Positions 1 to 9,209 of a stretch of 63,733 nucleotides of DNA are shown in pieces. The position numbers and the translations under genes were made by a program. The stretch's first letter is position 1. Each line of letters starts with the position of its first letter. The stretch comes from Pirellulales bacterium (GTDB lineage: Bacteria; Planctomycetota; Planctomycetia; Pirellulales; UBA1268), in NCBI GenBank assembly GCA_044370415.1, contig JBILVO010000006.1, forward strand, positions 1-63,733, read 5' to 3'. The notes under the pieces are model-generated. The model searched no databases. It had not been told where the DNA came from and saw only the letters and a list, made by a program, of their open reading frames with translations.

Positions 1-208
1 GGCCGGGAGGGCCGAGCCCAGTGTGAAGCGAATGCAGCGCCGCTCCATCGCGTCGCACGGATGCGACGCTTAGCACCAGCGACCGGAGGTCGCCAAGCCG
101 GGGCGGCCGGGAGGGCCGAGCCCGGCGTGAACACGGATGCGACGCTTAGCACCAGCGACCGGAGGTCGCCAAGCCGGGGCGGCCGGGAGGGCCGAGCCCG
201 GCGTGAAC
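1..208. repeat. 76-bp tandem repeat (two full copies at 56-131 and 132-207, partial copy at 1-27) built from hairpins; REP/BIME-like
   Basis: Identical 76-nt units seen directly. Internal inverted repeats: gcgtcgca-CGGA-tgcgacgc (50-69), gcgacc-GGA-ggtcgc (79-93), cggcc-GGGAG-ggccg (104-118). The array abuts the stop codon of the next gene. Confidence 0.9.
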
Positions 209-457
209 TCAGAGAATCCCGCCGTGCGTGCGGTAGAGCGTCATGTGGGACGGCTGATCCAGGAACCAGATCCGCTCCCACTCATCGGTGATCGCCCGCA
301 GGTCCTCCGACGTGTAGATCAGTTCCTCGGCGCGCCGTATCGGATCTCCCGAGTACATCGGGATCAGGCAGCCGGTGCTGGCCGAGAGCATGACGGCTGC
401 CAGGAGCACGCATGCTGCACGCCCGATCCTGCCGCCTGCGGGAACGTTGGCCTTCAT
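209..457 (-). CDS. Small putative lipoprotein, planctomycete-type hypothetical (82 aa)
   Basis: GGAGGT SD upstream of ATG 457; hydrophobic signal ending in lipobox-like STGC; C-terminus DEWERIWFLDQPSHMT..RTHGGIL. Confidence 0.75.
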   Translation of the reverse strand: MKANVPAGGRIGRAACVLLAAVMLSASTGCLIPMYSGDPIRRAEELIYTSEDLRAITDEWERIWFLDQPSHMTLYRTHGGIL

Positions 458-656
458 GACCGTCACCTCCATGATCCGATGTGCGCCGCCACGAGGCCTC
501 GCGGGGAAGCTCCCCGGCCTGCGGCCCGATCACCGGTCACCACCATGTGGACCGGGGATGTAGCGGACGACGTCCCGTCGCCGCGATGTTGATTTTCGGG
601 AAACGAGGCGGGGACGCGTGCCCGGGCCGGACGGGCCCGACCACCCAGACTGCGTG

Positions 657-1025
657 CTACCCCTGCCCGACCGCATCCTGCCCGGGCGTGTGACCCGTTC
701 CACCCTCTGCCTCCGGCCCGCCTTCCGCAGCTGCCGCGGCGGACCGATCGAGCTCCCGCACCCGGGCCTCCATCTCCTTGCCCGGCTTGAACGTGACCAC
801 GCTCTTCGCCTGCACCGGTACCCGCTCCCCCGTGCGGGGGTTGCGTGCCATGCGGGCGTCCCGCTTCTTGATCTGGAAAACGCCGAAGTTCCGCAGTTCC
901 ACCCGGCCTTCGCGGACCAGCGTGTCGATGAGGGCGTCGAACGTCCTCTGCACCAGTTCCTTGGTCCGCAACTGTGGCAGGTCGATCTGCTCGGCGATCG
1001 TCCGCACTATGTCTTTCTTCGTCAC
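657..1025 (-). CDS. HU/IHF family DNA-binding protein
   Basis: [17 protein letters not shown] and [16 protein letters not shown] motifs; GTG start at 1025 chosen. Confidence 0.95.
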   Translation of the reverse strand: MTKKDIVRTIAEQIDLPQLRTKELVQRTFDALIDTLVREGRVELRNFGVFQIKKRDARMARNPRTGERVPVQAKSVVTFKPGKEMEARVRELDRSAAAAAEGGPEAEGGTGHTPGQDAVGQG

Positions 1026-1410
1026 GGCTTCCACACTCCGCACAGGTGGTGCGAGTCGACGGAAGTCTATGGCTGGCAAGCATTAGTGTCAACGATCCAC
1101 CTCGTCTGGCACCCGGACCTGCAGAACTCCAACGGGGGAGTTATCGGCCGTACAACCGGCATTCTTGACACAATCGGCCATTTTCCCCGCGCTGCCGTCC
1201 TGCCACTTCGTTGTCACTCGGGGCAGCCACGGATGCCGCCCACCGGCCCTGCCACGGCTCCGCTGCGTCGACGATCTTGGGGACCTGGGAAAACCCACTA
1301 CACTCGGACGGCTCCGCTGGCAGGCCTCCGCACGGGCCTCCCGGTCGCCTTGCATGCACCAGGCTTCCGGTCTTCACAGTCCCAGTCTCCACGTTCCCGT
1401 CTCCACGTTC

Positions 1411-2415
1411 ATGACCGCTCCCCTGCAGACTGCCCCGCGGTCGCCTGATGCGCAGCCGGGCCTGGCGGTGTCGCTCGGAAGGCTGCGACTGCCCAACCCG
1501 ATCATGGTGGCGTCGGGCACCTTCGGCTACGGCCGCGAGATGACCGGCTTCGTAGACCTGTCGCGGCTCGGCGGCATCGTGCCCAAGACGATCACGCCGC
1601 TGCCCCGGCAGGGCAACGTGCCGTGGCGGACGATCGAGACGGCGGCCGGCCTCCTCAACTCCATCGGGCTCGACAACGACGGCGTCGACGCCTTCCTCGA
1701 CCGCCAACTGCCGTGGCTCGTGCGCTGCGGCGCACCCGTGATCGTGAGCATCGCCGGGGCCTCGCAGGCCGAGTTCGTCGCGCTCGCCTCGCGGCTCGAC
1801 GGCGTGCCCGGCATTGCCGCGATCGAGCTCAACATCTCCTGCCCCAACGTCAGCCACGGCGTCGACATGGGGACGGACGCCGCCGCCTGCCGTGGCGTCG
1901 TCGCGGGCGTCCGCGGTGCGACGTCGCTCCCCGTGCTCGCCAAGCTCACGCCAAACGTCACCAGCATCGTCTCCATCGCGCAGGCCGCGCAGGAGGGCGG
2001 CGCCGACGCCGTCACGCTGATCAACACGTGCCAAGGAATGGCGGTCGACTGGCGCCGCCGCCGGCCGCTGCTGGGCAACGTGGTCGGCGGCCTCAGCGGT
2101 CCCGCGATCAAACCGATCGCGCTGCGGTGCGTCCACCAGGTGCGGCAGTCGCTCGGCATCCCGATCGTCGGCGTCGGCGGCATCATGACGCTCGACGACT
2201 GCATGGAGTTTTTCGTCGCGGGGGCCTCCGCCGTGCAGATCGGCACCGCGAACTTCGCCGAGCCGATCGTGTCGACGCGGCTGCTCGACGGTCTCCCCGC
2301 CGCGCTCGCCGAGCTCGGCGCCGCCGGCATGGCCGATGTGATCGGCACGCTGTCCCTGCCCGCGACGGCGGGCTGCGCCGCCGCCACTCCCGGGAGCCGT
2401 CCGCATGCCAGCTGA
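1411..2415 (+). CDS. pyrD: Dihydroorotate dehydrogenase, family 1 catalytic subunit
   Basis: [46 protein letters not shown] motifs; start trimmed to ATG 1411. Confidence 0.95.
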   Translation: MTAPLQTAPRSPDAQPGLAVSLGRLRLPNPIMVASGTFGYGREMTGFVDLSRLGGIVPKTITPLPRQGNVPWRTIETAAGLLNSIGLDNDGVDAFLDRQLPWLVRCGAPVIVSIAGASQAEFVALASRLDGVPGIAAIELNISCPNVSHGVDMGTDAAACRGVVAGVRGATSLPVLAKLTPNVTSIVSIAQAAQEGGADAVTLINTCQGMAVDWRRRRPLLGNVVGGLSGPAIKPIALRCVHQVRQSLGIPIVGVGGIMTLDDCMEFFVAGASAVQIGTANFAEPIVSTRLLDGLPAALAELGAAGMADVIGTLSLPATAGCAAATPGSRPHAS

Positions 2416-3436
2416 TGCCACCCCGCCCGCCCCGGTCCGCGTGCTCTCGGGCATCCAGCCGACCGGCCGATTCCACTGGGGCAACTACTTCGGGGCGATC
2501 AGGCAGTACATCGACCTGCAGCCGGGCGATGACCGGCCGCAGGCCGAGGCCTACTACTTCATCGCCGACCTGCACGCCCTCACGACAGTCCGCGAGCCGG
2601 CACGCCTGCGGTCGCTGGTGCACGACGCCGCCGTCGACCTCGTCTCGCTCGGCCTCGATCCGGCACGGGCCACGCTCTTCGTGCAGTCGGACGTCCCTGA
2701 GGTGACGGAGCTCACCTGGCTCCTGATGACCGTGGCCCCGATGGGCCTGCTGGAGCGGTGCCACGCCTACAAGGACAAGAAGTCACGTGGCCTGCCGGCC
2801 GACGCGGGCCTGTTCACCTATCCCGTCCTCATGAGCGCCGACATCCTCGCCTACGACGCGACGGTCGTGCCCGTCGGCGAGGACCAGGTGCAGCACATCG
2901 AGGTCTGCCGCGACCTGGCCGGCACGTTCAACCATCTCTATGGCCCTGTGTTCACCCTGCCCGCCCCGCGGCTGGTGGCCGGAGGCGCCAGGGTGCCCGG
3001 CACCGACGGCCAGAAGATGAGCAAGAGCTACGACAACACGCTCGACGTGTTCGAGCCGGCGGCGGCCCAGAAGAAGAAGATCATGCGGATCACGACCGAC
3101 TCCCGGCCGATGGAGGAGCCGAAGAACCCCGACGACGACCACCTCTTCGCGCTCTTCTCGCTCGTGGCCACCGCCGACGAGACGCGGCGGATGGCCGATC
3201 TCTACCGCCGCGGCGGCTTCGGCTACGGGGAGGTCAAGAAGGCCCTGGCCGAGGCCGCGGCACAGTTCTTCGGCGAGGCCCGGGCGCGCCGGGCGGCACT
3301 CGAGGCCGATCCGGCGCGGATCGAGGGGATCCTGGCCGACGGGGCGCGGCGGGCGCGGGCGAAGGCAGGCGAGGTGCTCGCGCGGGCCCGGCGGGCCTGC
3401 GGCCTGGAGCGTCGTGCCGGAGGAGGCCGCCCATGA
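2405..3436 (+). CDS. trpS: Tryptophan--tRNA ligase
   Basis: SGIQPTG.FHWGNY (HIGH-like), VPVGEDQ.QH and KMSKS motifs. Confidence 0.97.
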   Translation: MPADATPPAPVRVLSGIQPTGRFHWGNYFGAIRQYIDLQPGDDRPQAEAYYFIADLHALTTVREPARLRSLVHDAAVDLVSLGLDPARATLFVQSDVPEVTELTWLLMTVAPMGLLERCHAYKDKKSRGLPADAGLFTYPVLMSADILAYDATVVPVGEDQVQHIEVCRDLAGTFNHLYGPVFTLPAPRLVAGGARVPGTDGQKMSKSYDNTLDVFEPAAAQKKKIMRITTDSRPMEEPKNPDDDHLFALFSLVATADETRRMADLYRRGGFGYGEVKKALAEAAAQFFGEARARRAALEADPARIEGILADGARRARAKAGEVLARARRACGLERRAGGGRP

Positions 3437-3852
3437 ACGTGCTCGGCGTCGGCACCGACATCACGGAGTGCCTGCGGATCGCGCAGATGATCGAACGGCA
3501 CGGCGAGCTGTTCGTGGAACGGGTCTACACGCCCGTGGAGATCGAGTACTGCCGCAGCCGTCGCATGGCCACGCAGCATTTCACCGGCCGCTGGGCCGCG
3601 AAGGAGGCGGTGCTCAAGGCGATGGGCACCGGATGGCGGCGGGGCATCAGCTGGCGGGACATCGAGATCAGGAACGGCCCCGGCGGGCGGCCGCAGGCCT
3701 TTCTCAGCGGCGGCACCCGCGAGATGGCCGACAAGATGGGGATGCAGTGCATCCTGGTGAGCATTTCCCACTGCCGCTCGCACGCCACAGCGTTCGCCGT
3801 AGCGCTCGACGAAACGCCCTCGACGTTCACGGGCGACCTACCCTGGCTGTGA
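3433..3852 (+). CDS. acpS: Holo-[acyl-carrier-protein] synthase
   Basis: [31 protein letters not shown] motifs; AGGAGG SD; ATGA overlap with trpS. Confidence 0.93.
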   Translation: MNVLGVGTDITECLRIAQMIERHGELFVERVYTPVEIEYCRSRRMATQHFTGRWAAKEAVLKAMGTGWRRGISWRDIEIRNGPGGRPQAFLSGGTREMADKMGMQCILVSISHCRSHATAFAVALDETPSTFTGDLPWL

Positions 3853-6660
3853 GCCGGCGGTCATTGGCTCCTCGAAGAGCGCGAGCTCCGCGATACCACC
3901 CTCCATGGTGAGCGCCGACAGCGGCGTGCCCTCGGCGACGGGCGTCGTGCCGTCGCGGCGGGTGAGGGTCAGCCGCGTCTGGCCGCTCATGTGCGTCGCC
4001 AGCTCGCGATCGAGTTCCTTTTGCCGGGCCTCGGGCAGCTTGGTGAAGGTCTCCCGGCCCCGGCACTTCGGAAACGCGCGGCAGCCGAGCCAGGGGCCGC
4101 GTTTGCCACCGCGGAGGTTCATCACGTCGCCGCACTTCGGACAGGCGATGTCGGTCACGAGCGGCGGGGCCGCGGGAAACTTGAGGTTGCCCTTGCGATC
4201 GAGGTTGAGGATGAAGGGCGGCGGTTCCGTCGGCACCCCCTCTGCCTTCCTGCCGCGGGGCTTCACGGGCCGCGGCTTGTCCTCGACGAGGAAGTCGCCG
4301 AACCGACCGGTCCGCTTCACCATCGGGACTCCGGCCGGAGAGAGCAGGTCGATCTGCTCCGGCAGCAGCGGCCGCCGCTGCCGGTCGACGGGGATCGCGT
4401 ACGAGCAGGCGGGCACCTCCTTGGGCTTCGCCGCCTTCCTCTTTTTCCCCTTCCCGGTCTTCGCCGGCGGCGGTGGCACCGGCACCTTCTCGTTGTAGCC
4501 GCTGCAGGAGAGGAACTCTCCCTTGCCGCCGAGGCGGTACTCCAGGCGGCGGCCGCACTGCGGGCAGGCGTAGGGCGAAGGATCCGCCTTCGCCTTCTCG
4601 TGCTCCTGCTGCATGGCCGTGTCGAGCTTCGGCGCGAGCTCATCGTGGAACTCGTGGAGCATGTCGGTCCAACGCTTCGTGCCCTGCGCGACCTGGTCGA
4701 GCTCCCGCTCGATCTCCCGCGTGTAGCCGATCTCGATGAACTGGTTCTCGAAGCCCCGCTTGAGGAAGCCGGTCACGGCCTCGCCGATCGCCGTCGCCTG
4801 GAATCTCCGGTCCTGCTGCACGACGTAGCCGCGGTTCTCGATGACGTTGATGATGCTGGCATAGGTGGACGGCCGGCCGATGCCCTCCTCCTCCATCTTC
4901 TTCACGAGGGTGGCTTCGGTGTACCGCGGCGGCGGCGCCTGGAACTTCTGCCGCGGCTCGATGTCGAAGGGCGCCAGCTGCGCCCCCTTCTCGAAGGAGG
5001 GGAGCACCTGCTCGCCGTCGTCACGGGGCGCCCCGCTCACCGCATAGAAGCCGTCGAACCGCAGGACGCGGCCGGTCGCCTTGAGGACGGCGCCGGTGTC
5101 GCGGTCGCTCCGCCGCATCCGCACCGCCGTGGAGTCCCACTCCGCGTCGGTGGCCTGGCAGGCGACGAACGACTGCCAGATGAGGCGGTAGAGCTTCAGC
5201 TGATCGGCTCCGTCTCGCGTATTGCTGAGAAACGCGGCGGCGATGGCGTCCGGCTCGCGGCTCACGTCGGTGGGACGGATCGCCTCGTGGGCCTCCTGCG
5301 CGCTCTCGTTCGAGCTCGTGTAGACGCGGGGCTTCTCTGGCAGGTACTTCGGCCCGAGCCGATTCTCGATGTACGCCCGGGCCATGGCGACCGCCTCGGG
5401 AGAGAGGTTGGTCGAGTCGGTCCGCATGTAGGTAATGAGGCCCACCCGGCCCTCGTCGGGCAGATCGATCCCCTCGTAGAGCTGCTGGGCGATCCGCATG
5501 GTGCGGTCGGTCGACATGCCCAGGCGGCTGCTCGCCGCCTGCTGGAGCGTGCTCGTGATGAACGGCGGAAACGGCCGCGAACGTGTCCGCGTCACGTCGA
5601 TCGACTCGACCGTGTAGCGGGCGGCCGGATCGGGCCGTCCGGCGATCCGCACCACGTTCTTCCCGCGACCACGGCCGTCTTCTTTCCGCTCGCGGACGGT
5701 CCGCACGTCGAGCAGGCCGGCCGCCTCGGCAGCAGCCTGCACGGGCGGCGCGAGATCGACCTCCGCCGTGTTCTCGGCCTCGATCCGCACGGGCTTGCCC
5801 GCGACCTCCACCAGGTCGCAGGCGAGCGCCCGGTGGTCGGCGAGCCAGGCCATCCGATCCCGCACCAGTGGCCCGCGGTCGCGTTCGTCGCGCTGCCCCA
5901 TAAAGGCCGACCAATCGCCGACGAGGGCGGCGGCCCGGGCGACGTCGAACGTCATGCAGGCCGAGATCTCCCAAGACTCGGACGGCGTGAACGCCCTGAT
6001 CTCCTGCTCCCGCTCGACGACGATCCGGGTGGCCACGCTCTGCACCCGGCCGGCGCTCAAGCCCCCGGCCACCTTCTTCCACAGGATCGGCGAGACCCGG
6101 TAGCCGACGATCCGGTCGACGATCCGGCGGGCCTGCTGGGCCTCGACCCGGCACATGTTGATGGCCCGCGGCGACTGGAACGCCCGCTGGATCTCCGCCT
6201 TGGTGATCGCGTCGAACGTCACCCGCTTGGCGTGGGCCGGGTCGACGCCGAGCACCTGGGTGAGGTGCCAGGCGATCGCCTCCCCCTCACGGTCGAGGTC
6301 GGTCGCGAACCAGATCTCGCTGGCCCCCTTGGCGAGCCGCTGCAGCTCCGCGACCTTCTTTTTCTTGTCGTCGTCGATCTCGTAGGTCGGCGCGAAGTCG
6401 TGGTCGAGATCCACCCCCGGGACGGGCTGCTTGGAGCCCTTGGGGGCCTTGCTCGGCAGGTCCCGGATGTGGCCGATCGAGGCATCCACGACGTAGCCGG
6501 GGCCGAGATACTTGCCGATCGTCTTCGACTTCGCCGGGCTTTCGACGATCACCAGCTGGTAGTCGCCCCGGGATGCCTTCCCCGATCCGGCCGCGCCGGA
6601 ACGCGGCGTGGCGGCACGGCGCCGCGGCGTTCCGGGTCGCTTGGACGACTTTTTGGCCAT
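3838..6660 (-). CDS. topA: DNA topoisomerase I (type IA) with C-terminal zinc ribbons
   Basis: LVIVESPAK, ATDLDREGEAI, SAGRVQS, ITYMRTDS (catalytic Tyr), QEAHEAIRPT, GIGRPST; CPQC and CPKC ribbons. Confidence 0.97.
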   Translation of the reverse strand: MAKKSSKRPGTPRRRAATPRSGAAGSGKASRGDYQLVIVESPAKSKTIGKYLGPGYVVDASIGHIRDLPSKAPKGSKQPVPGVDLDHDFAPTYEIDDDKKKKVAELQRLAKGASEIWFATDLDREGEAIAWHLTQVLGVDPAHAKRVTFDAITKAEIQRAFQSPRAINMCRVEAQQARRIVDRIVGYRVSPILWKKVAGGLSAGRVQSVATRIVVEREQEIRAFTPSESWEISACMTFDVARAAALVGDWSAFMGQRDERDRGPLVRDRMAWLADHRALACDLVEVAGKPVRIEAENTAEVDLAPPVQAAAEAAGLLDVRTVRERKEDGRGRGKNVVRIAGRPDPAARYTVESIDVTRTRSRPFPPFITSTLQQAASSRLGMSTDRTMRIAQQLYEGIDLPDEGRVGLITYMRTDSTNLSPEAVAMARAYIENRLGPKYLPEKPRVYTSSNESAQEAHEAIRPTDVSREPDAIAAAFLSNTRDGADQLKLYRLIWQSFVACQATDAEWDSTAVRMRRSDRDTGAVLKATGRVLRFDGFYAVSGAPRDDGEQVLPSFEKGAQLAPFDIEPRQKFQAPPPRYTEATLVKKMEEEGIGRPSTYASIINVIENRGYVVQQDRRFQATAIGEAVTGFLKRGFENQFIEIGYTREIERELDQVAQGTKRWTDMLHEFHDELAPKLDTAMQQEHEKAKADPSPYACPQCGRRLEYRLGGKGEFLSCSGYNEKVPVPPPPAKTGKGKKRKAAKPKEVPACSYAIPVDRQRRPLLPEQIDLLSPAGVPMVKRTGRFGDFLVEDKPRPVKPRGRKAEGVPTEPPPFILNLDRKGNLKFPAAPPLVTDIACPKCGDVMNLRGGKRGPWLGCRAFPKCRGRETFTKLPEARQKELDRELATHMSGQTRLTLTRRDGTTPVAEGTPLSALTMEGGIAELALFEEPMTAGSQPG

Positions 6661-6801
6661 GTGTGTTGGAGCCTTTGGTGGGCCGCCGGAGGGGGCCCGG
6701 GTGGGGCCGCCGGTGGCGGCTCGGAGGGGACATCGGGATTGGCGCCGACACGGCCGGCGCTACAATCTTCGACCTGTCTCGGGCCGGACTCGACGGTCCC
6801 C

Positions 6802-6832
6802 AGCGTTACCCTCCGCTCTCTTTCCTTGTCAA
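6802..6832 (-). promoter_or_regulatory. Putative sigma70 promoter for topA
   Basis: TTGACA (6832-6827) followed after 18 nt by TAACGCT on the minus strand. Confidence 0.45.
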
Positions 6833-6877
6833 GTCTCCACGGTTTCGCCGTCGGAGAAACAGCCCACAGGCGGTGCC

Positions 6878-9124
6878 ATGGTCGGCTCCTTCGAGATTTT
6901 TCGGAAGTACCAGCGTTCGCTCCTGGCGATCGTGGCGATCCTGGCGATGCTCGCATTTTTCGTGCTGCCGCCGTTTCTCCAGATGGGCAGCCAGGGGGGC
7001 GGACAGGATCCGGTCGCGGTCAGCTGGAAGGGGGGAGAGTTCAGCGAGGGCGGCCTGGAGCGGGCCGTGGCGACCCGTAGGGTCGTGAACCTGTTCCTCG
7101 CGGAGGCGGCTGCCCTCGGAGGCCGCCGGCCGGCCCGGCAATTCCTGCCCGAGCAGGAGGAGCAGGTCGTCCAAACGATGCTGCTGGCGCAGGATGCCCG
7201 GGACAACGGCGTCGTCGTCAGCGACCGCGCCGTGAACGACTTCCTCGCCCAGTGGACTGGGAACCTCGTCCGACCGGAACAGCTCGATGACCTGCTTTCC
7301 CGGCTGCGGGTCGGCCCGCTTGCCGTGTCCCAGCAGGACGTGTTCGACGTCCTCCGGACGGAACTGGCGGCCCAAACGATCCTGATGCTGCACCAGCCCG
7401 CCTTCGGCGGCACGCCGCCGGGCTGGCGGTGGGAGCAGTACCGCCGCCTCGACCAGCAGGCCAAGGTCGAACTCGTGCCCGTGGTCGTGGAGACCTTCGC
7501 CGATCAGGTGCCCCCGCCCACCGAGGCGGCCCTGCGCAGCCTGTACGAGAAGCACAAGAACGCGCTCCCCGAGGCCCGCAGCTCGACCCCCGGTTTCCGC
7601 GAGCCGCACCGGGTGCAGTACGCATATCTCGTCGCCAAGAGAGGCGTCTTCGACGAGGAGGCCGCCAAGGATGTCACCGACGAGCAGATCGCGGAATACT
7701 ACGAGAAGAACAAGGTCTCGATGTTCCGTGCCCAGCCTGCCACGGAGAAGGCCGCTGGAGACGCCTCTGCGACCACGGACAAGGCTGAGCCTGCCACGGA
7801 CAAGCCTGCCACGGACAAGCCTGCTGCCGACAAGCCTGCTGCCGACAAGCCTGCTGCCGACAAGCCTGCTGCCGACAAGCCTGCTGCCGACAAGCCTGCT
7901 GCCGACAAGCCTGCTGCCGACAAGCCTGCTGCCGACAAGCCTGCTGCCGGCTCCGACGCCGGTGCGTCCAGCACCGGCCCTCGGGCGACCCTCGCGGCTT
8001 TCAAGCAGCCGGCCGGCGACAAGCCCGCCCCGGAAAAGCCCGCGGCCGACAAGCCCGCGGATGGAAAAGCCGCCGAGCAGCCGAAGGCCGCAGAAGTGGC
8101 CGAGAAGGCCACTCCGGCGGCCGAGGATCCGTCCCAGTTCGAGCCCCTGGAAAAGGTGAAGGACGAGATTCGCCGGCGGCTGGCGCAGCAGCGGGCCGAT
8201 ACGCGGATCGATGCCATCTTCACGAAGGTGGCCGGCGATCTGGGCAGCTACGCCGAGGACTTCGCCCTGTGGCAGGCGCGGCGGCCCAGCGGTGTCGAGC
8301 CGCCTCGGCCTCCCGATCTCGAGAAGATCGCCGAGAAGCAGGGGCTGGGCTGGAGCCGCTCCGAACTGGTCTCGGCCGACGCGGCCGTGGCAGCGGGTGG
8401 CATCGGCAGTAGCTTCGAGCGGTTTTCCGACCCGACCAATCCCTTCGGGTTCCGTGCCTGGCTCGATCAGATGTACGGCTCCAACACGATGACGCTCCGC
8501 CCGATCACGTCCCGTGACGTTGAGGGCAACCGCTACCTCTCCTGGAAGACCGAGGACCAGCCCGAGTTCACGCCGTCGTTCGCCACCGCTCGGGCCGACG
8601 TGGAACGCGCCTGGCGGATCCTCGAGGCCCGGGGGCTGGCCAAGCGGCGGGCCGAAGAGATCACCCGCCAGGCCGCGGCCAAGGGGCAGCCGCTGGCGTC
8701 CACCGTGCAGGAGCTCTCCAAGGACGATGCCCGTGGCGGCGGCCTGCAGGCGACCGAGGTCGGGCCGTTCTCCTGGTTCGCTCAGGACGCCGTCGCAGCC
8801 GGCGGGCCTCCGCGAATGTCCGAACCCGAGGGGGTGTCGATGGCCGGCGAGGAGTTCATGCGTGCGGTGTTCTCGCTCGAGCCGGGCGGCACCGCCGTCG
8901 CCTTCAACGAGCCGCAGACCGTCTGCTACGCAATCCGCCTGGTGGCGCAGGATCCGGCCCCGGAGCAGCTGCGGGAGCAGTTCGTGACGGCCCGCGGCGA
9001 CCGGCAGCGGACGGCGATGCTCGAGCAGGGGGAGATGTCACGATCGTTCCAGGCGACGATCGAGGAGATGGAGAAGCGACGCGGCCTCGAGTGGAAGCGG
9101 CAGCCCCGCGGCTTCGACCGCTAG
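6878..9124 (+). CDS. Membrane-anchored periplasmic chaperone-like protein (SurA/PpiD-like N-terminus) with low-complexity DKPAA insert
   Basis: N-terminal FRKYQ plus TM anchor; 'VSDRAVNDFL', 'VTDEQIAEYYEKNK' and 'PLEKVKDEIRRRL' resemble PpiD-family segments. Confidence 0.65.
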   Translation: MVGSFEIFRKYQRSLLAIVAILAMLAFFVLPPFLQMGSQGGGQDPVAVSWKGGEFSEGGLERAVATRRVVNLFLAEAAALGGRRPARQFLPEQEEQVVQTMLLAQDARDNGVVVSDRAVNDFLAQWTGNLVRPEQLDDLLSRLRVGPLAVSQQDVFDVLRTELAAQTILMLHQPAFGGTPPGWRWEQYRRLDQQAKVELVPVVVETFADQVPPPTEAALRSLYEKHKNALPEARSSTPGFREPHRVQYAYLVAKRGVFDEEAAKDVTDEQIAEYYEKNKVSMFRAQPATEKAAGDASATTDKAEPATDKPATDKPAADKPAADKPAADKPAADKPAADKPAADKPAADKPAADKPAAGSDAGASSTGPRATLAAFKQPAGDKPAPEKPAADKPADGKAAEQPKAAEVAEKATPAAEDPSQFEPLEKVKDEIRRRLAQQRADTRIDAIFTKVAGDLGSYAEDFALWQARRPSGVEPPRPPDLEKIAEKQGLGWSRSELVSADAAVAAGGIGSSFERFSDPTNPFGFRAWLDQMYGSNTMTLRPITSRDVEGNRYLSWKTEDQPEFTPSFATARADVERAWRILEARGLAKRRAEEITRQAAAKGQPLASTVQELSKDDARGGGLQATEVGPFSWFAQDAVAAGGPPRMSEPEGVSMAGEEFMRAVFSLEPGGTAVAFNEPQTVCYAIRLVAQDPAPEQLREQFVTARGDRQRTAMLEQGEMSRSFQATIEEMEKRRGLEWKRQPRGFDR
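7789..7948 (+). repeat. In-frame 15-bp VNTR (GACAAGCCTGCTGCC, 9 perfect copies plus degenerate copies) encoding DKPAA
   Basis: Perfect copies from 7814 to 7948, seen directly. Confidence 0.95.
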
Positions 9125-9129
9125 CCGGC

Positions 9130-9162
9130 CGTGGAAAAAGCCGTCCACGGATTTTTTTCACG
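9130..9162. terminator. Bidirectional intrinsic terminator-like hairpin, part of a dispersed repeat
   Basis: cgtggAAAAAg-ccgt-cc-acgg-aTTTTTTTcacg between convergent genes. Confidence 0.55.
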
Positions 9163-9209
9163 AGAGCGAGCGGAGGCCAGGATGGCAGAAGCAAGCGTCC
9201 GCATCAGGC

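Noticed and set aside
1-208. CRISPR array
   Set aside because: The units are 76 bp and directly adjacent without unique spacers; no cas genes are nearby.
3991-7080. 1029-aa + strand ORF and many similar long ORFs (e.g. the 5' part of 9498-11900, 19703-21361, 42118-44202, 49832-53221)
   Set aside because: These are antisense shadows of recognisable genes, expected at high GC, with no motifs of their own.
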